A stretch of 43,744 nucleotides of DNA from an uncultured Candidatus Saccharibacteria bacterium. Lineage in GTDB: Bacteria; Patescibacteriota; Minisyncoccia; Phycocordibacterales; UBA9973. Below are positions 33,179 to 41,377 of the stretch, in pieces. The position numbers and the translations under genes are program-made. The stretch spans positions 1 through 43,744 of the forward strand of contig CAZQCV010000002.1 of the NCBI GenBank assembly GCA_964591665.1, written 5' to 3'. The notes beneath the pieces were generated by a model. That model saw only the letters and a list, made by a program, of their open reading frames with translations. It did not search any database and had not been told where the DNA came from. Within the stretch, counting starts at the first letter, position 1; each line of letters opens with the position of its first letter.

Positions 33179-34750
33179 ATGAATACTTTAAAACAACAAA
33201 TTATTGCATTTCTTTTAGAGAAAGGGATCATTAAAACAAATTTCAAACAGCCAATTACCTTTAAGTCTAAGATCAAAAGTCCGATTTATTGTGACTTTCG
33301 AAAATCTTCGTCATATCCTGAATTAATGGAAATGATTGCCAGAGGTTTCAGATATCTGAGCGAAGGTAAAGACATTGACGGTGTTATCGGTGTAGCAACT
33401 GGAGCAATTTCGCATGCGACACATTTTGCGCTGAAAAATAATTTACCATCTGGATATATCCGACCTGGTGCTACAGCAAAAGACTATGGCTTGGGAAATT
33501 TAATTGAAGGCTTGGAAGTATCTGGTAAGTCAATCAAGCTTATTGAAGACCTTGTTACAAGCGGTGGTTCGGTAATTGAAAATGCACGAATTTTGGAAAA
33601 AGCTGGTGCAAGAGAAATTGAAATCTCTTCTATTTTTTCATATAGCACGAAAAAAGCAGACCAGGAGTTTGCAGATGCTGGATTTACCTACACATCAATC
33701 ATCACGATTCACGATGTATTACCTGAACTACAAAAGATTCTTTCAACCGAAGAATTTGAAATGTTGGAAGACTGGGTGCGTGATCCTGACGGTTGGTTCA
33801 ATCGTCACAAAACAAAATTCGATTTTGGTTACCTGACTTTTTTACGCATGTCAGCACAGAAAACGAAGAGTCTTATTTGTATGGGATTGGACCCTGTCGT
33901 AGAAGCATTGCCTGTGGAACAAAATGAGATAGGTACGATAAATGATGCAATAGGATATTTCAAAATTTTATTACATAAAATGAAAGAAAAAAATATACTA
34001 CCTGCAACATTTAAACCAAATGAAGGATTTTTCTCTAAATTTGACAACAAAGGTGATACAAACGGTTCCCAGTTTTTGGCAGATTTTACGAACAAAAATT
34101 CAATAAATGCCTTAACAACGTTGAAATTACCCGTTATCATTGATTGCAAACGTGGTGATATTGGCAAAAGTTCTGCAAACTACGCAAAACAGTATTTAGA
34201 AAATATGGATTACGACGCGATAACCATATCACCATATATGGGTTTTGATTCTGTAGAACCATTCATTAAATATTGCAACGCAGAAGATGCAAAAGGTGTG
34301 TATATTTTGGTAAGAACATCAAATCCTGGTGCAGCAGATTTCCAAAATCGAAAGATGGAAGATGGAAGACCTCTATATCAACACGTCGCTGATAAAGTCA
34401 TCGAATGGGCAAAAGACAGACCTGGTGTTGGTGCAGTAGTAGGTGCTACGTCGTTACCTGAACTTGGTGAAATATTGAAAATGTTCGCAGGTAAAGACAT
34501 ACCGGTGTTGGTTCCTGGTGTTGGTGCACAAGGTGGCAGCGCAAAAAATGTTGCAGCTATCGCACGCGAAGTTGGTTTTGAATTGGAATTGTTGCGTATC
34601 AATTCATCTAGTGGGTTAACTCACCCATGGTACAAAAATCTCGGTGATGCTATTCCAGAAGTAGATATGTGCATAGAAATGTGTATTAACGAACTGAAGA
34701 AATTAAATGAAGAGGTTGGTTATCAGCCCGCTTATAATTTTAAGTATTAG
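33179..34750 (+). CDS. pyrEF: Bifunctional orotate phosphoribosyltransferase (N-terminal) / OMP decarboxylase (C-terminal), UMP-synthase-like
   Basis: The OPRT PRPP motif is KLIEDLVTSGGSV. The ODCase part starts at about 33830 and contains LICMGLDPV, IIDCKRGDIGKSS (DxKxxD) and a long type-2-like C-terminal half. Confidence 0.88.
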   Translation: MNTLKQQIIAFLLEKGIIKTNFKQPITFKSKIKSPIYCDFRKSSSYPELMEMIARGFRYLSEGKDIDGVIGVATGAISHATHFALKNNLPSGYIRPGATAKDYGLGNLIEGLEVSGKSIKLIEDLVTSGGSVIENARILEKAGAREIEISSIFSYSTKKADQEFADAGFTYTSIITIHDVLPELQKILSTEEFEMLEDWVRDPDGWFNRHKTKFDFGYLTFLRMSAQKTKSLICMGLDPVVEALPVEQNEIGTINDAIGYFKILLHKMKEKNILPATFKPNEGFFSKFDNKGDTNGSQFLADFTNKNSINALTTLKLPVIIDCKRGDIGKSSANYAKQYLENMDYDAITISPYMGFDSVEPFIKYCNAEDAKGVYILVRTSNPGAADFQNRKMEDGRPLYQHVADKVIEWAKDRPGVGAVVGATSLPELGEILKMFAGKDIPVLVPGVGAQGGSAKNVAAIAREVGFELELLRINSSSGLTHPWYKNLGDAIPEVDMCIEMCINELKKLNEEVGYQPAYNFKY

Positions 34751-34765
34751 GATATTTTTATTTAC

Positions 34766-34794
34766 AAGGTTAACCATTTGGTTAACCTTTTTTA
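34766..34794. terminator. Terminator hairpin shared by convergent pyrEF and recJ
   Basis: aaggttaacc-attt-ggttaacctt is followed by TTTT. It overlaps the recJ stop at 34792. Confidence 0.7.
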
Positions 34795-36420
34795 TTTCAC
34801 ATCAACAATCCGCATACGGAGCTCTGGTCGTCCACGGAAATATGACATCTCGAGCGTTGCAACGAGTGTACACATTTCACCGAGTTCGAGTTTCGGATAA
34901 TCGCTCGATTTTTTAAAAAAAGCGATCGCTGTTTTTGAAACTTTTCCATCTGAAACCATAATTTCCAAATGATCTCCGTCAGCACCAAAATGCTTTATAT
35001 TCATAACCCGAACATTATCAAATGCAAAAATAGGTTTCGGATTACCAACACCAAACGGTGCGAGTTGTGCAATCTCGTTATAGAACTTTGGTGTTATATC
35101 TGTAAGGATTAAATGCGCATCAATAGTATAAGAAGAACTGAGCTCTTTTTCTTTTTTTACTTTTTCATACGCAGAAGTTAGTTCATCATGGAAGACAAGC
35201 AGTGAGGATTTCGGTAAACTAAATCCACCAGAAAATTCATGCCCACCGAAGACGTCAAAGAGGTGTGAGACCTTGGTCATAAGATCAACCACATGCACAC
35301 TACCATCAGACCGACACGATCCTTTATATGAATCTCCTTCACCGCCCCAGACAAACGCTGGTTTCTGATACGTTTCAACAATCTTTGAAGCAACAAGACC
35401 GAGTACTCCTGGTCGCCATGTCGGATCACCGATGATGATAATTGAAGACGAGGACAACTCTTCCATTCTCGTGTGTACTTTTTTCATTATTGTTGCGACA
35501 AGTGTTTTACGAGTATCATTTGTCTTTGTGAGATGTTCCGCTTCTTGAATACCGAGAACCTCATCTGTAGTGGAGAGCATACTAAATGCTCGCATCGGTG
35601 AATCAAGTCGTGAAGCGACGTTGATACGTGGCGTTATCATAAACGTTAGGTCGTCCTCAGTAAGATGGAGCACATCAAGTTTTGTCTTTTTAAATAAATG
35701 TCTCAGCCCTGGGCGACGGGTCTTCGGCAACACTTTCATTCCATAGTATGCAAATACGCGATTCTCGCCAACAAGCGGCACCATATCAGAAAGCGTTGCA
35801 AGTCCAACCATATCAAGCAGCCATTTATCAAAACCAATGGGCACAGAGACTTTTGTCATGAGCGCTTGTATGAGTTTAAACATCACACCAGAACCACACA
35901 GTTCTTTGAACGGATAGTCACATCCTGGTTGTTTCGGATTAAGAATTGCAAATGCTGGTGGTAACGTCTCATGTGGTATATGGTGATCGGTAACAATAAC
36001 ATCAACACCCGACTCCTGTGCATACGCGATTTCAGGAATAGCAGTAATACCAAGGTCGATAGTAATTATAAGATTCGTACCTTGTGCAATAAAACTTTCT
36101 ACCGCATCACGGTGAAGTCCATATCCTTCATCATGCCGATCTGGAATATATACAGTGAAGTTGTCATAGTTGATAACCTTAAAAAAATCATGCAGTATCA
36201 CCGCACCAGGTATACCATCACAGTCGTAGTCACTATAGACAACAATATTTTCTTTATTCTCGATAGCTTTGAGAATACGCTCTACGGCCTTATCCATATC
36301 TTTCATGAGAAACGGATCATGGGTACCAGCTACATAGTTCGGAGATAAAAAAGCTTCCCAAGAATCCTCGGGAATCGCTCTGTTTTTGAGCAGTTGTCGA
36401 ATCATATCAGTCATTGGCAT
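34792..36420 (-). CDS. recJ: Single-stranded-DNA-specific exonuclease RecJ
   Basis: The DHH motifs are VYSDYDCDGI, ITIDLGI and VIVTDHHIP, and the DHHA1 region contains GGHEFSGG. Confidence 0.92.
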   Translation of the reverse strand: MPMTDMIRQLLKNRAIPEDSWEAFLSPNYVAGTHDPFLMKDMDKAVERILKAIENKENIVVYSDYDCDGIPGAVILHDFFKVINYDNFTVYIPDRHDEGYGLHRDAVESFIAQGTNLIITIDLGITAIPEIAYAQESGVDVIVTDHHIPHETLPPAFAILNPKQPGCDYPFKELCGSGVMFKLIQALMTKVSVPIGFDKWLLDMVGLATLSDMVPLVGENRVFAYYGMKVLPKTRRPGLRHLFKKTKLDVLHLTEDDLTFMITPRINVASRLDSPMRAFSMLSTTDEVLGIQEAEHLTKTNDTRKTLVATIMKKVHTRMEELSSSSIIIIGDPTWRPGVLGLVASKIVETYQKPAFVWGGEGDSYKGSCRSDGSVHVVDLMTKVSHLFDVFGGHEFSGGFSLPKSSLLVFHDELTSAYEKVKKEKELSSSYTIDAHLILTDITPKFYNEIAQLAPFGVGNPKPIFAFDNVRVMNIKHFGADGDHLEIMVSDGKVSKTAIAFFKKSSDYPKLELGEMCTLVATLEMSYFRGRPELRMRIVDVK

Positions 36421-36427
36421 ATAGGTT

Positions 36428-36436
36428 ATTCTAGCA
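36428..36436 (-). promoter_or_regulatory. Extended -10 TGCTAGAAT placed 7 nt upstream of the recJ ATG (leaderless-type)
   Basis: The minus strand reads TGCTAGAAT aacctat ATG. Confidence 0.45.
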
Positions 36437-36442
36437 TATACT
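36437..36442 (+). promoter_or_regulatory. -10 hexamer TATACT placed 7 nt upstream of the HIT ATG (leaderless-type)
   Basis: The plus strand reads TATACT actgtgt ATG (36450). It abuts the recJ -10 on the other strand. Confidence 0.4.
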
Positions 36443-36449
36443 ACTGTGT

Positions 36450-36827
36450 ATGAGTGATTGTATATTTTGCAAAATCGTGGCCGGGCATATACCGAGTCAC
36501 ACTCTATATGAAGATGATAAATTCATCGCTTTTTTAGATATTAACCCAAAAACAAAAGGTCATACGCTACTCCTCACAAAAGAGCATTATACATGGCCGA
36601 TAGATGTGCCAAACTTTGGAGAATACTTCGAAGCGGCAAAAAAAGTAGGCTTATTGTTAAAAGAAAAATTACATCCAGAATATTTGAGTTTCCAAACGTT
36701 TGGAACTGAAGTTGCACACGCACATATACATATCGTACCTTTTTACAGCATGACCGAAGAATCCCATAGAACAAGACCGAGTACCGAAGAACTACTTGAG
36801 CTCGTAAAAAAAATCAAAGGAGCATAA
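36450..36827 (+). CDS. HIT-family (histidine triad) nucleotide hydrolase/transferase
   Basis: The sequence starts CIFCKIVAGHIPS and contains the histidine triad HAHIHIVP. Confidence 0.88.
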   Translation: MSDCIFCKIVAGHIPSHTLYEDDKFIAFLDINPKTKGHTLLLTKEHYTWPIDVPNFGEYFEAAKKVGLLLKEKLHPEYLSFQTFGTEVAHAHIHIVPFYSMTEESHRTRPSTEELLELVKKIKGA

Positions 36828-36831
36828 AAAT

Positions 36832-36857
36832 AAGCAGAGTGAATACTCACTCTGCTT
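36832..36857. terminator. Terminator hairpin between convergent HIT and pyrC
   Basis: aagcagagtga-atac-tcactctgctt has an 11-bp stem. Confidence 0.65.
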
Positions 36858-36879
36858 TAATATATTTTGATAACAAATG

Positions 36880-38232
36880 TTATCTATCAAATTCAATTTG
36901 TTTTGCTTCGTGTTTGAAGAAATCGCCTTTGTTATAGACAATATTCCCATTCACAAAGGTAGTCACTACTTTTGATTTAAACGTTCTGCCTTCGAAAGGT
37001 GACCAGCCACATTTGTACAGAATATTTTCTTTAGAAACAGTCCATGGATCATTCAAGTCCACAAGTACCATATCTGCATAGCATCCTTCTTTGATGTAGC
37101 CGCGATCAGCAACGTTAAAGATAATTGCAGGATTGTGACACATCAGCTCAACAACTCTTTCTAAAGAGATCTTACCTTGATGATAAAACTCTAACATCGA
37201 AACAAGTGAATGCTGTACCATCGGAGCGCCGGATGGAACTGTTAGGTAGTTTCCGTGTTTTTCTTCCCAAGTATGTGGAGCGTGATCGGTGGCTATGACG
37301 TCTATCGTTCCATCGAGGACCGCTTGGAATAATGCATCACGGTCTTTTGCTGTTTTTACTGCAGGGTTTTGTTTTATAAGATGTCCTAACTCCTGGTAAT
37401 CACCTGCTGCAAAATTCAAATGAATAATACACGCTTCAGAAGTGATACGTTTTTTGTCGAGCGGTATATCATTTTTAAACAACTGCAATTCTTCTGCGGT
37501 AGTTATATGATACACGTGAAGACGTGTATTAAACTTTTCAGCAAGGGCCACAGCATATGCCGATGATTTCCAACACGCTTCTGCTGAACGAATAAGCGGG
37601 TGAATATGAGGTGGTATATAACTACCTTTGTACACGTCTTTATAATATTCCAAATTGTTTTTAACGGTCTCTTCATCTTCGCAATGTACGCAAATAGGAA
37701 TTGGAGAACTGTAAAACACCGTTTCTAAAACACCTTGTCTGTCCACCAGCATATCGCCAGTACTACTACCCATAAATATTTTTATAGCGGGCATAGTTTT
37801 TTTATATTTCTGTGCCATTTTGATAGTAAGTTCAGCGTTAGTATTGGTTAAACCAAAATTAAAACCATAGTTTGCAAAACTTTTTTCTTTAGCAATTTCA
37901 TTTTTCTTTAACCATGATTCTTCAGTTATTGTTTGAACTCCAGTGTTAGGTTGTTCAAAATAACTGGTAATACCACCTGCAACAGCAGCGCGTGATTCTG
38001 TAAAGATGTCTGCTTTATGCATCAAGTTACCTGGCTCACGGAAGTGAACTTGGTCATCAATGACACCTGGAATCAGGATTTTTCCTGTCCCATCTATCGT
38101 CTGATATCCTAAGTATCGATAGGTAGGATCGTTATAATATACTTTTTCAATACGATCCCCTGTAATAAGGACATCGAACAAACCTGTACATCCTTCAGAT
38201 ATAACAGTCACATTTCTGATTATTTTCTTCAT
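36880..38232 (-). CDS. pyrC: Dihydroorotase (amidohydrolase superfamily)
   Basis: The sequence contains PGVIDDQVHFREPG and VIATDHAPH. The 450-aa length fits the type-I long form. An allantoinase/hydantoinase relative cannot be excluded without a search. Confidence 0.8.
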   Translation of the reverse strand: MKKIIRNVTVISEGCTGLFDVLITGDRIEKVYYNDPTYRYLGYQTIDGTGKILIPGVIDDQVHFREPGNLMHKADIFTESRAAVAGGITSYFEQPNTGVQTITEESWLKKNEIAKEKSFANYGFNFGLTNTNAELTIKMAQKYKKTMPAIKIFMGSSTGDMLVDRQGVLETVFYSSPIPICVHCEDEETVKNNLEYYKDVYKGSYIPPHIHPLIRSAEACWKSSAYAVALAEKFNTRLHVYHITTAEELQLFKNDIPLDKKRITSEACIIHLNFAAGDYQELGHLIKQNPAVKTAKDRDALFQAVLDGTIDVIATDHAPHTWEEKHGNYLTVPSGAPMVQHSLVSMLEFYHQGKISLERVVELMCHNPAIIFNVADRGYIKEGCYADMVLVDLNDPWTVSKENILYKCGWSPFEGRTFKSKVVTTFVNGNIVYNKGDFFKHEAKQIEFDR

Positions 38233-38333
38233 GTTTTCAAATTTTTATTACCTTCACCATACTATAAAATCACAGAATGTAAAGTTGACTACAGAGTCTA
38301 TGCATGGTTTAAATAAAAGAAAATTAACATTAG

Positions 38334-39368
38334 ATGAAAACAAACTATTTTGATTCACCAGTTATAGCCGCATCAGGTATGATGGGTTTTTTCGGTAAAG
38401 GCTACACCTATAGCCGCTTACTAAAATGGATATTACCTATCCTTTATTCATGGAGATGGATAACCTTCCATTCAAAGACAACAACAGCAGAAGCAAACAA
38501 AGGAAATATGAAACTCCACGGTCCAGAAAAAGACTATGAACCCGTAAAGTTCCACCCGTACTGTATTCATGCTGACGTACTAAATGGTGTTGCGGTAAAC
38601 AATGTTTCACTATCAGGACCAGGAATAAAAGCCCTGCTCAGAACTGGTAAGTGGCAAAAAATGACTGGAGAAATCCACCTCAACTTTATGCTTATTGGAA
38701 CGACAAAAGAACAAAGGATGGAAGAGATTGATTTGATAACAAAACAATTAGCGAAATACTTATCTGGTTTCAAAGCAAAAAAAGTTTTCTTGCGATGGAA
38801 TCTATCTTGCCCTAACACAGGGCATGATGTATTTAAAAACTTCATAGAAAGTTTTGATGATGAGTATGCAATAATCAGTACTTTAAAAATACCCATTATC
38901 GTAAAAATCGGATACAACTTTCCTTATGAAGTTGCTAAGAAGTTAGAAGAGTACGAATATATATTCGGATTTGAAGCAATCAACACCATACGATTCGATG
39001 AACTTCCAGATAATGAGAAAAAAGAATATTTCGATGAGAAATATATAAAAACAGGACATGATACCTTTAAAGTTACATATCCTTCACCGCTCGAAAAAGA
39101 ACAGTACCGTCTCAACGTAAAAGGTCCTGGAGGAGTTTCAGGAAACCCGATACGCAAATACGCACTTGCCTGGATACAAGGCGCACGTGAGTATGGTATC
39201 AACAAGCCGATCATCGGTGGTGGTGGAATTCTTTGGCCATGGCATGTATATCAGTTTAGAAATGCTGGTGCAAATGCAGTATCATTAGGTTCTATATCAT
39301 TTTTACGACCTTGGTGCATGCTCGCTTGTGTTTTAACAGCAAAGTTTGCTTTCAGAAAGGGACACTAA
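38334..39368 (+). CDS. pyrD: Divergent dihydroorotate-dehydrogenase-family (class 1-like) TIM-barrel protein
   Basis: The sequence contains SPVIAASGMMGF, NVSLSGPG, NLSCPNTGH (the catalytic-Cys loop of class 1 DHODs), IIVKIGYN, GGVSGNPIRKYAL and IIGGGGI...AGANAVSLGS. It also carries unusual insertions. Confidence 0.6.
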   Translation: MKTNYFDSPVIAASGMMGFFGKGYTYSRLLKWILPILYSWRWITFHSKTTTAEANKGNMKLHGPEKDYEPVKFHPYCIHADVLNGVAVNNVSLSGPGIKALLRTGKWQKMTGEIHLNFMLIGTTKEQRMEEIDLITKQLAKYLSGFKAKKVFLRWNLSCPNTGHDVFKNFIESFDDEYAIISTLKIPIIVKIGYNFPYEVAKKLEEYEYIFGFEAINTIRFDELPDNEKKEYFDEKYIKTGHDTFKVTYPSPLEKEQYRLNVKGPGGVSGNPIRKYALAWIQGAREYGINKPIIGGGGILWPWHVYQFRNAGANAVSLGSISFLRPWCMLACVLTAKFAFRKGH

Positions 39369-39390
39369 CGCCCATACAACATAAATTAAA

Positions 39391-39417
39391 CCGCGTGAAT
39401 ATTCACGCGGTGTTTTT
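39391..39417. terminator. Terminator hairpin shared by convergent pyrD-like and pgk
   Basis: ccgcgtg-aatatt-cacgcgg is followed by tgttttt. It overlaps the pgk stop at 39416. Confidence 0.7.
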
Positions 39418-40519
39418 ATTTCAACGCTTTAATAGCAGGCAATGTTCCCGTAGAAAGAAAGTCTAGTGTTGCACCACCACCAGTAGAGACAAACGTAAAA
39501 TCTTTCTCCATGTTGTATCGTGATACCAGATCAACCGTATCACCACCACCGATGATCGAAACAGCTTTCGAGACAGCAATCATTTCAAGTATTTTTTTTG
39601 TACCTTGAGGCAACTTCCCGACAGGTCCGTTCCAAAGGATAAACTTCGCAGCGTTTATTTTTTCTTTAATCATAGCCAAACTTTCTTTTCCGATATCAAG
39701 CATCGCTTCGTCTTTTGCGATAGAATCTGGAGTCGTGGTTCGTTTACCTTTTGGAGAAACAACAACGAGATCAAGCGGAAGCAATATTTTCTTATTCTTT
39801 AATAGTTTCTCAAGACCAAAAGTTGCGTCTTCAACAACTGATTGCCCTACAGGGAATCCGTGTTCTTTAAAAACTTGGTTTGCAAGAGCTCCTGCAATAA
39901 ATATTTCATCTGCTGTTTTTAGAAATTTAGTAATGAGTGGAAGTTTTGTCTCAAATTTTGCACCACCTATAATAAACAGAAACGGATGCTTGGGATCAAA
40001 TACCTTTGATAGCTGTTCTACTTCTTTTTGCAACTGGTATCCAGCATATGACGGCAGATATTTCGGAATACCGACGAGCGACGCGTGGGCTCGATGTGAG
40101 ACAGAAAACGCATCATTTATATACACGTCACCGAGACTCGCAAGTGATTTTGCAAACACTTTATCGTTTGTTTTTTCTCCGTCAAATCTGCGAATATTTT
40201 CGACAACAAGTACCGTTCCAGGAGTAAGTGTTTCTATCACTCGTGCGACACCTTCTATGTCTTTTACTCTGGTAAAAACTGTCTGCACCTTGCTTCCGAG
40301 ATATTTTGCGACTGGTTCGAGTGTCGCACTACCATCATCACCCAAGTGCGCAAGGATAATCACAATCGCTTTTTTCTTGAGCAGATAGTTAATCGTCGGC
40401 ATTGTTTTATCTATGCGAAACGTGTCTTCAATTTTTTTTCCTTTCATGGGAACATTAAAATCTGCACGAAGTAACACACGAGTGCCTTTGGTAATAGGTG
40501 CTTTGGTAAGTGATTGCAT
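39416..40519 (-). CDS. pgk: Phosphoglycerate kinase
   Basis: The sequence contains VLLRADFNVP, FIIGGAKFETK and FVSTGGGATLDFL. Confidence 0.95.
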   Translation of the reverse strand: MQSLTKAPITKGTRVLLRADFNVPMKGKKIEDTFRIDKTMPTINYLLKKKAIVIILAHLGDDGSATLEPVAKYLGSKVQTVFTRVKDIEGVARVIETLTPGTVLVVENIRRFDGEKTNDKVFAKSLASLGDVYINDAFSVSHRAHASLVGIPKYLPSYAGYQLQKEVEQLSKVFDPKHPFLFIIGGAKFETKLPLITKFLKTADEIFIAGALANQVFKEHGFPVGQSVVEDATFGLEKLLKNKKILLPLDLVVVSPKGKRTTTPDSIAKDEAMLDIGKESLAMIKEKINAAKFILWNGPVGKLPQGTKKILEMIAVSKAVSIIGGGDTVDLVSRYNMEKDFTFVSTGGGATLDFLSTGTLPAIKALK

Positions 40520-40534
40520 AAAAATAAATTATTT

Positions 40535-41311
40535 TTAATAAGTAATTGCGGCACAAGTACGAGCATACTCTTTTGGATCAAGACTCGCTCGTCCGAGAAG
40601 TAATCCATCTACACCGCCTTCTTGGACAAGATCCTGTGCATCTTTGCTATCTACAGAAGCACCGTAGAGAATTTTTACTTCCAGCAGTACGCTCGGTCCA
40701 AACAAATCAACCAATACTTTTTTTATAAAAATAACAACTTCACGGACTTCTTCCGCGGTTGCAGGGCGAGGAGCATGCTTCCCTATTGCCCAGACTGGTT
40801 CATAGGCAATAACTATCGAACTAATATCTTTGCGAGGAACTTGATTGAGCGCTTTTTCTAACTGATCACGGATGACACCAAAAAACAGAATCCCATGATC
40901 ACGTTCTTTTTCTCCGACGCAGAGAATCACTTTTGATTTTGCTTTAAGCGTAAGTAATACTTTTTTATTGATATCTTGATCTGTCTCACCCAACGCACGA
41001 CGCTCAGAATGCCCACACATAACGTACAGTGGTTGTTTATTAAACATAGATAGTGCAATGTCGCCCGTATGTGCTCCATCGAGTTCATGGTGAATATTTT
41101 GCACACCGAGCGAAATTACTTTTTGTTTCACTGCACGAAGCGAAGCATAATACACAGCGGGAACAAGAAGAACGCGTACTAGTTTTGATTTTTCTGGAAC
41201 TGTTTTTACTAACGCCTTAAAAAGAGTAATAGCTTCTTTTTCAGTTTTCGGATTCATCTTCCAATTACCAACGACCGATCGTGATGTGTGTCCTGTTCGA
41301 GTTATAGCCAT
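40535..41311 (-). CDS. tpiA: Triosephosphate isomerase
   Basis: The sequence contains VVGNWKMN, MCGHSERR and IAYEPVWAIG. Confidence 0.95.
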   Translation of the reverse strand: MAITRTGHTSRSVVGNWKMNPKTEKEAITLFKALVKTVPEKSKLVRVLLVPAVYYASLRAVKQKVISLGVQNIHHELDGAHTGDIALSMFNKQPLYVMCGHSERRALGETDQDINKKVLLTLKAKSKVILCVGEKERDHGILFFGVIRDQLEKALNQVPRKDISSIVIAYEPVWAIGKHAPRPATAEEVREVVIFIKKVLVDLFGPSVLLEVKILYGASVDSKDAQDLVQEGGVDGLLLGRASLDPKEYARTCAAITY

Positions 41312-41317
41312 AGCAAT

Positions 41318-41326
41318 ATTCTATCA
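41318..41326 (-). promoter_or_regulatory. Extended -10 TGATAGAAT placed 6 nt upstream of the tpiA ATG (leaderless-type)
   Basis: The minus strand reads TGATAGAAT attgct ATG. Confidence 0.45.
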
Positions 41327-41342
41327 TAGACAGTACTAAACA

Positions 41343-41372
41343 AAAAACAGCTTCTCTAGAGAAGCTGTTTTT
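41343..41372. terminator. Palindromic terminator after the 571-aa gene
   Basis: aaaaacagcttct-ctag-agaagctgttttt is symmetric, with a U-run on both strands. Confidence 0.7.
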
Positions 41373-41377
41373 ACTGG

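Noticed and set aside
39735-40388. 217-aa plus-strand ORF
   Set aside because: It is antisense to pgk and its composition is typical of shadow frames. The same reasoning applies to 31660-32214 (antisense to purE), 936-1364, 7881-8387 and 3222-3653.
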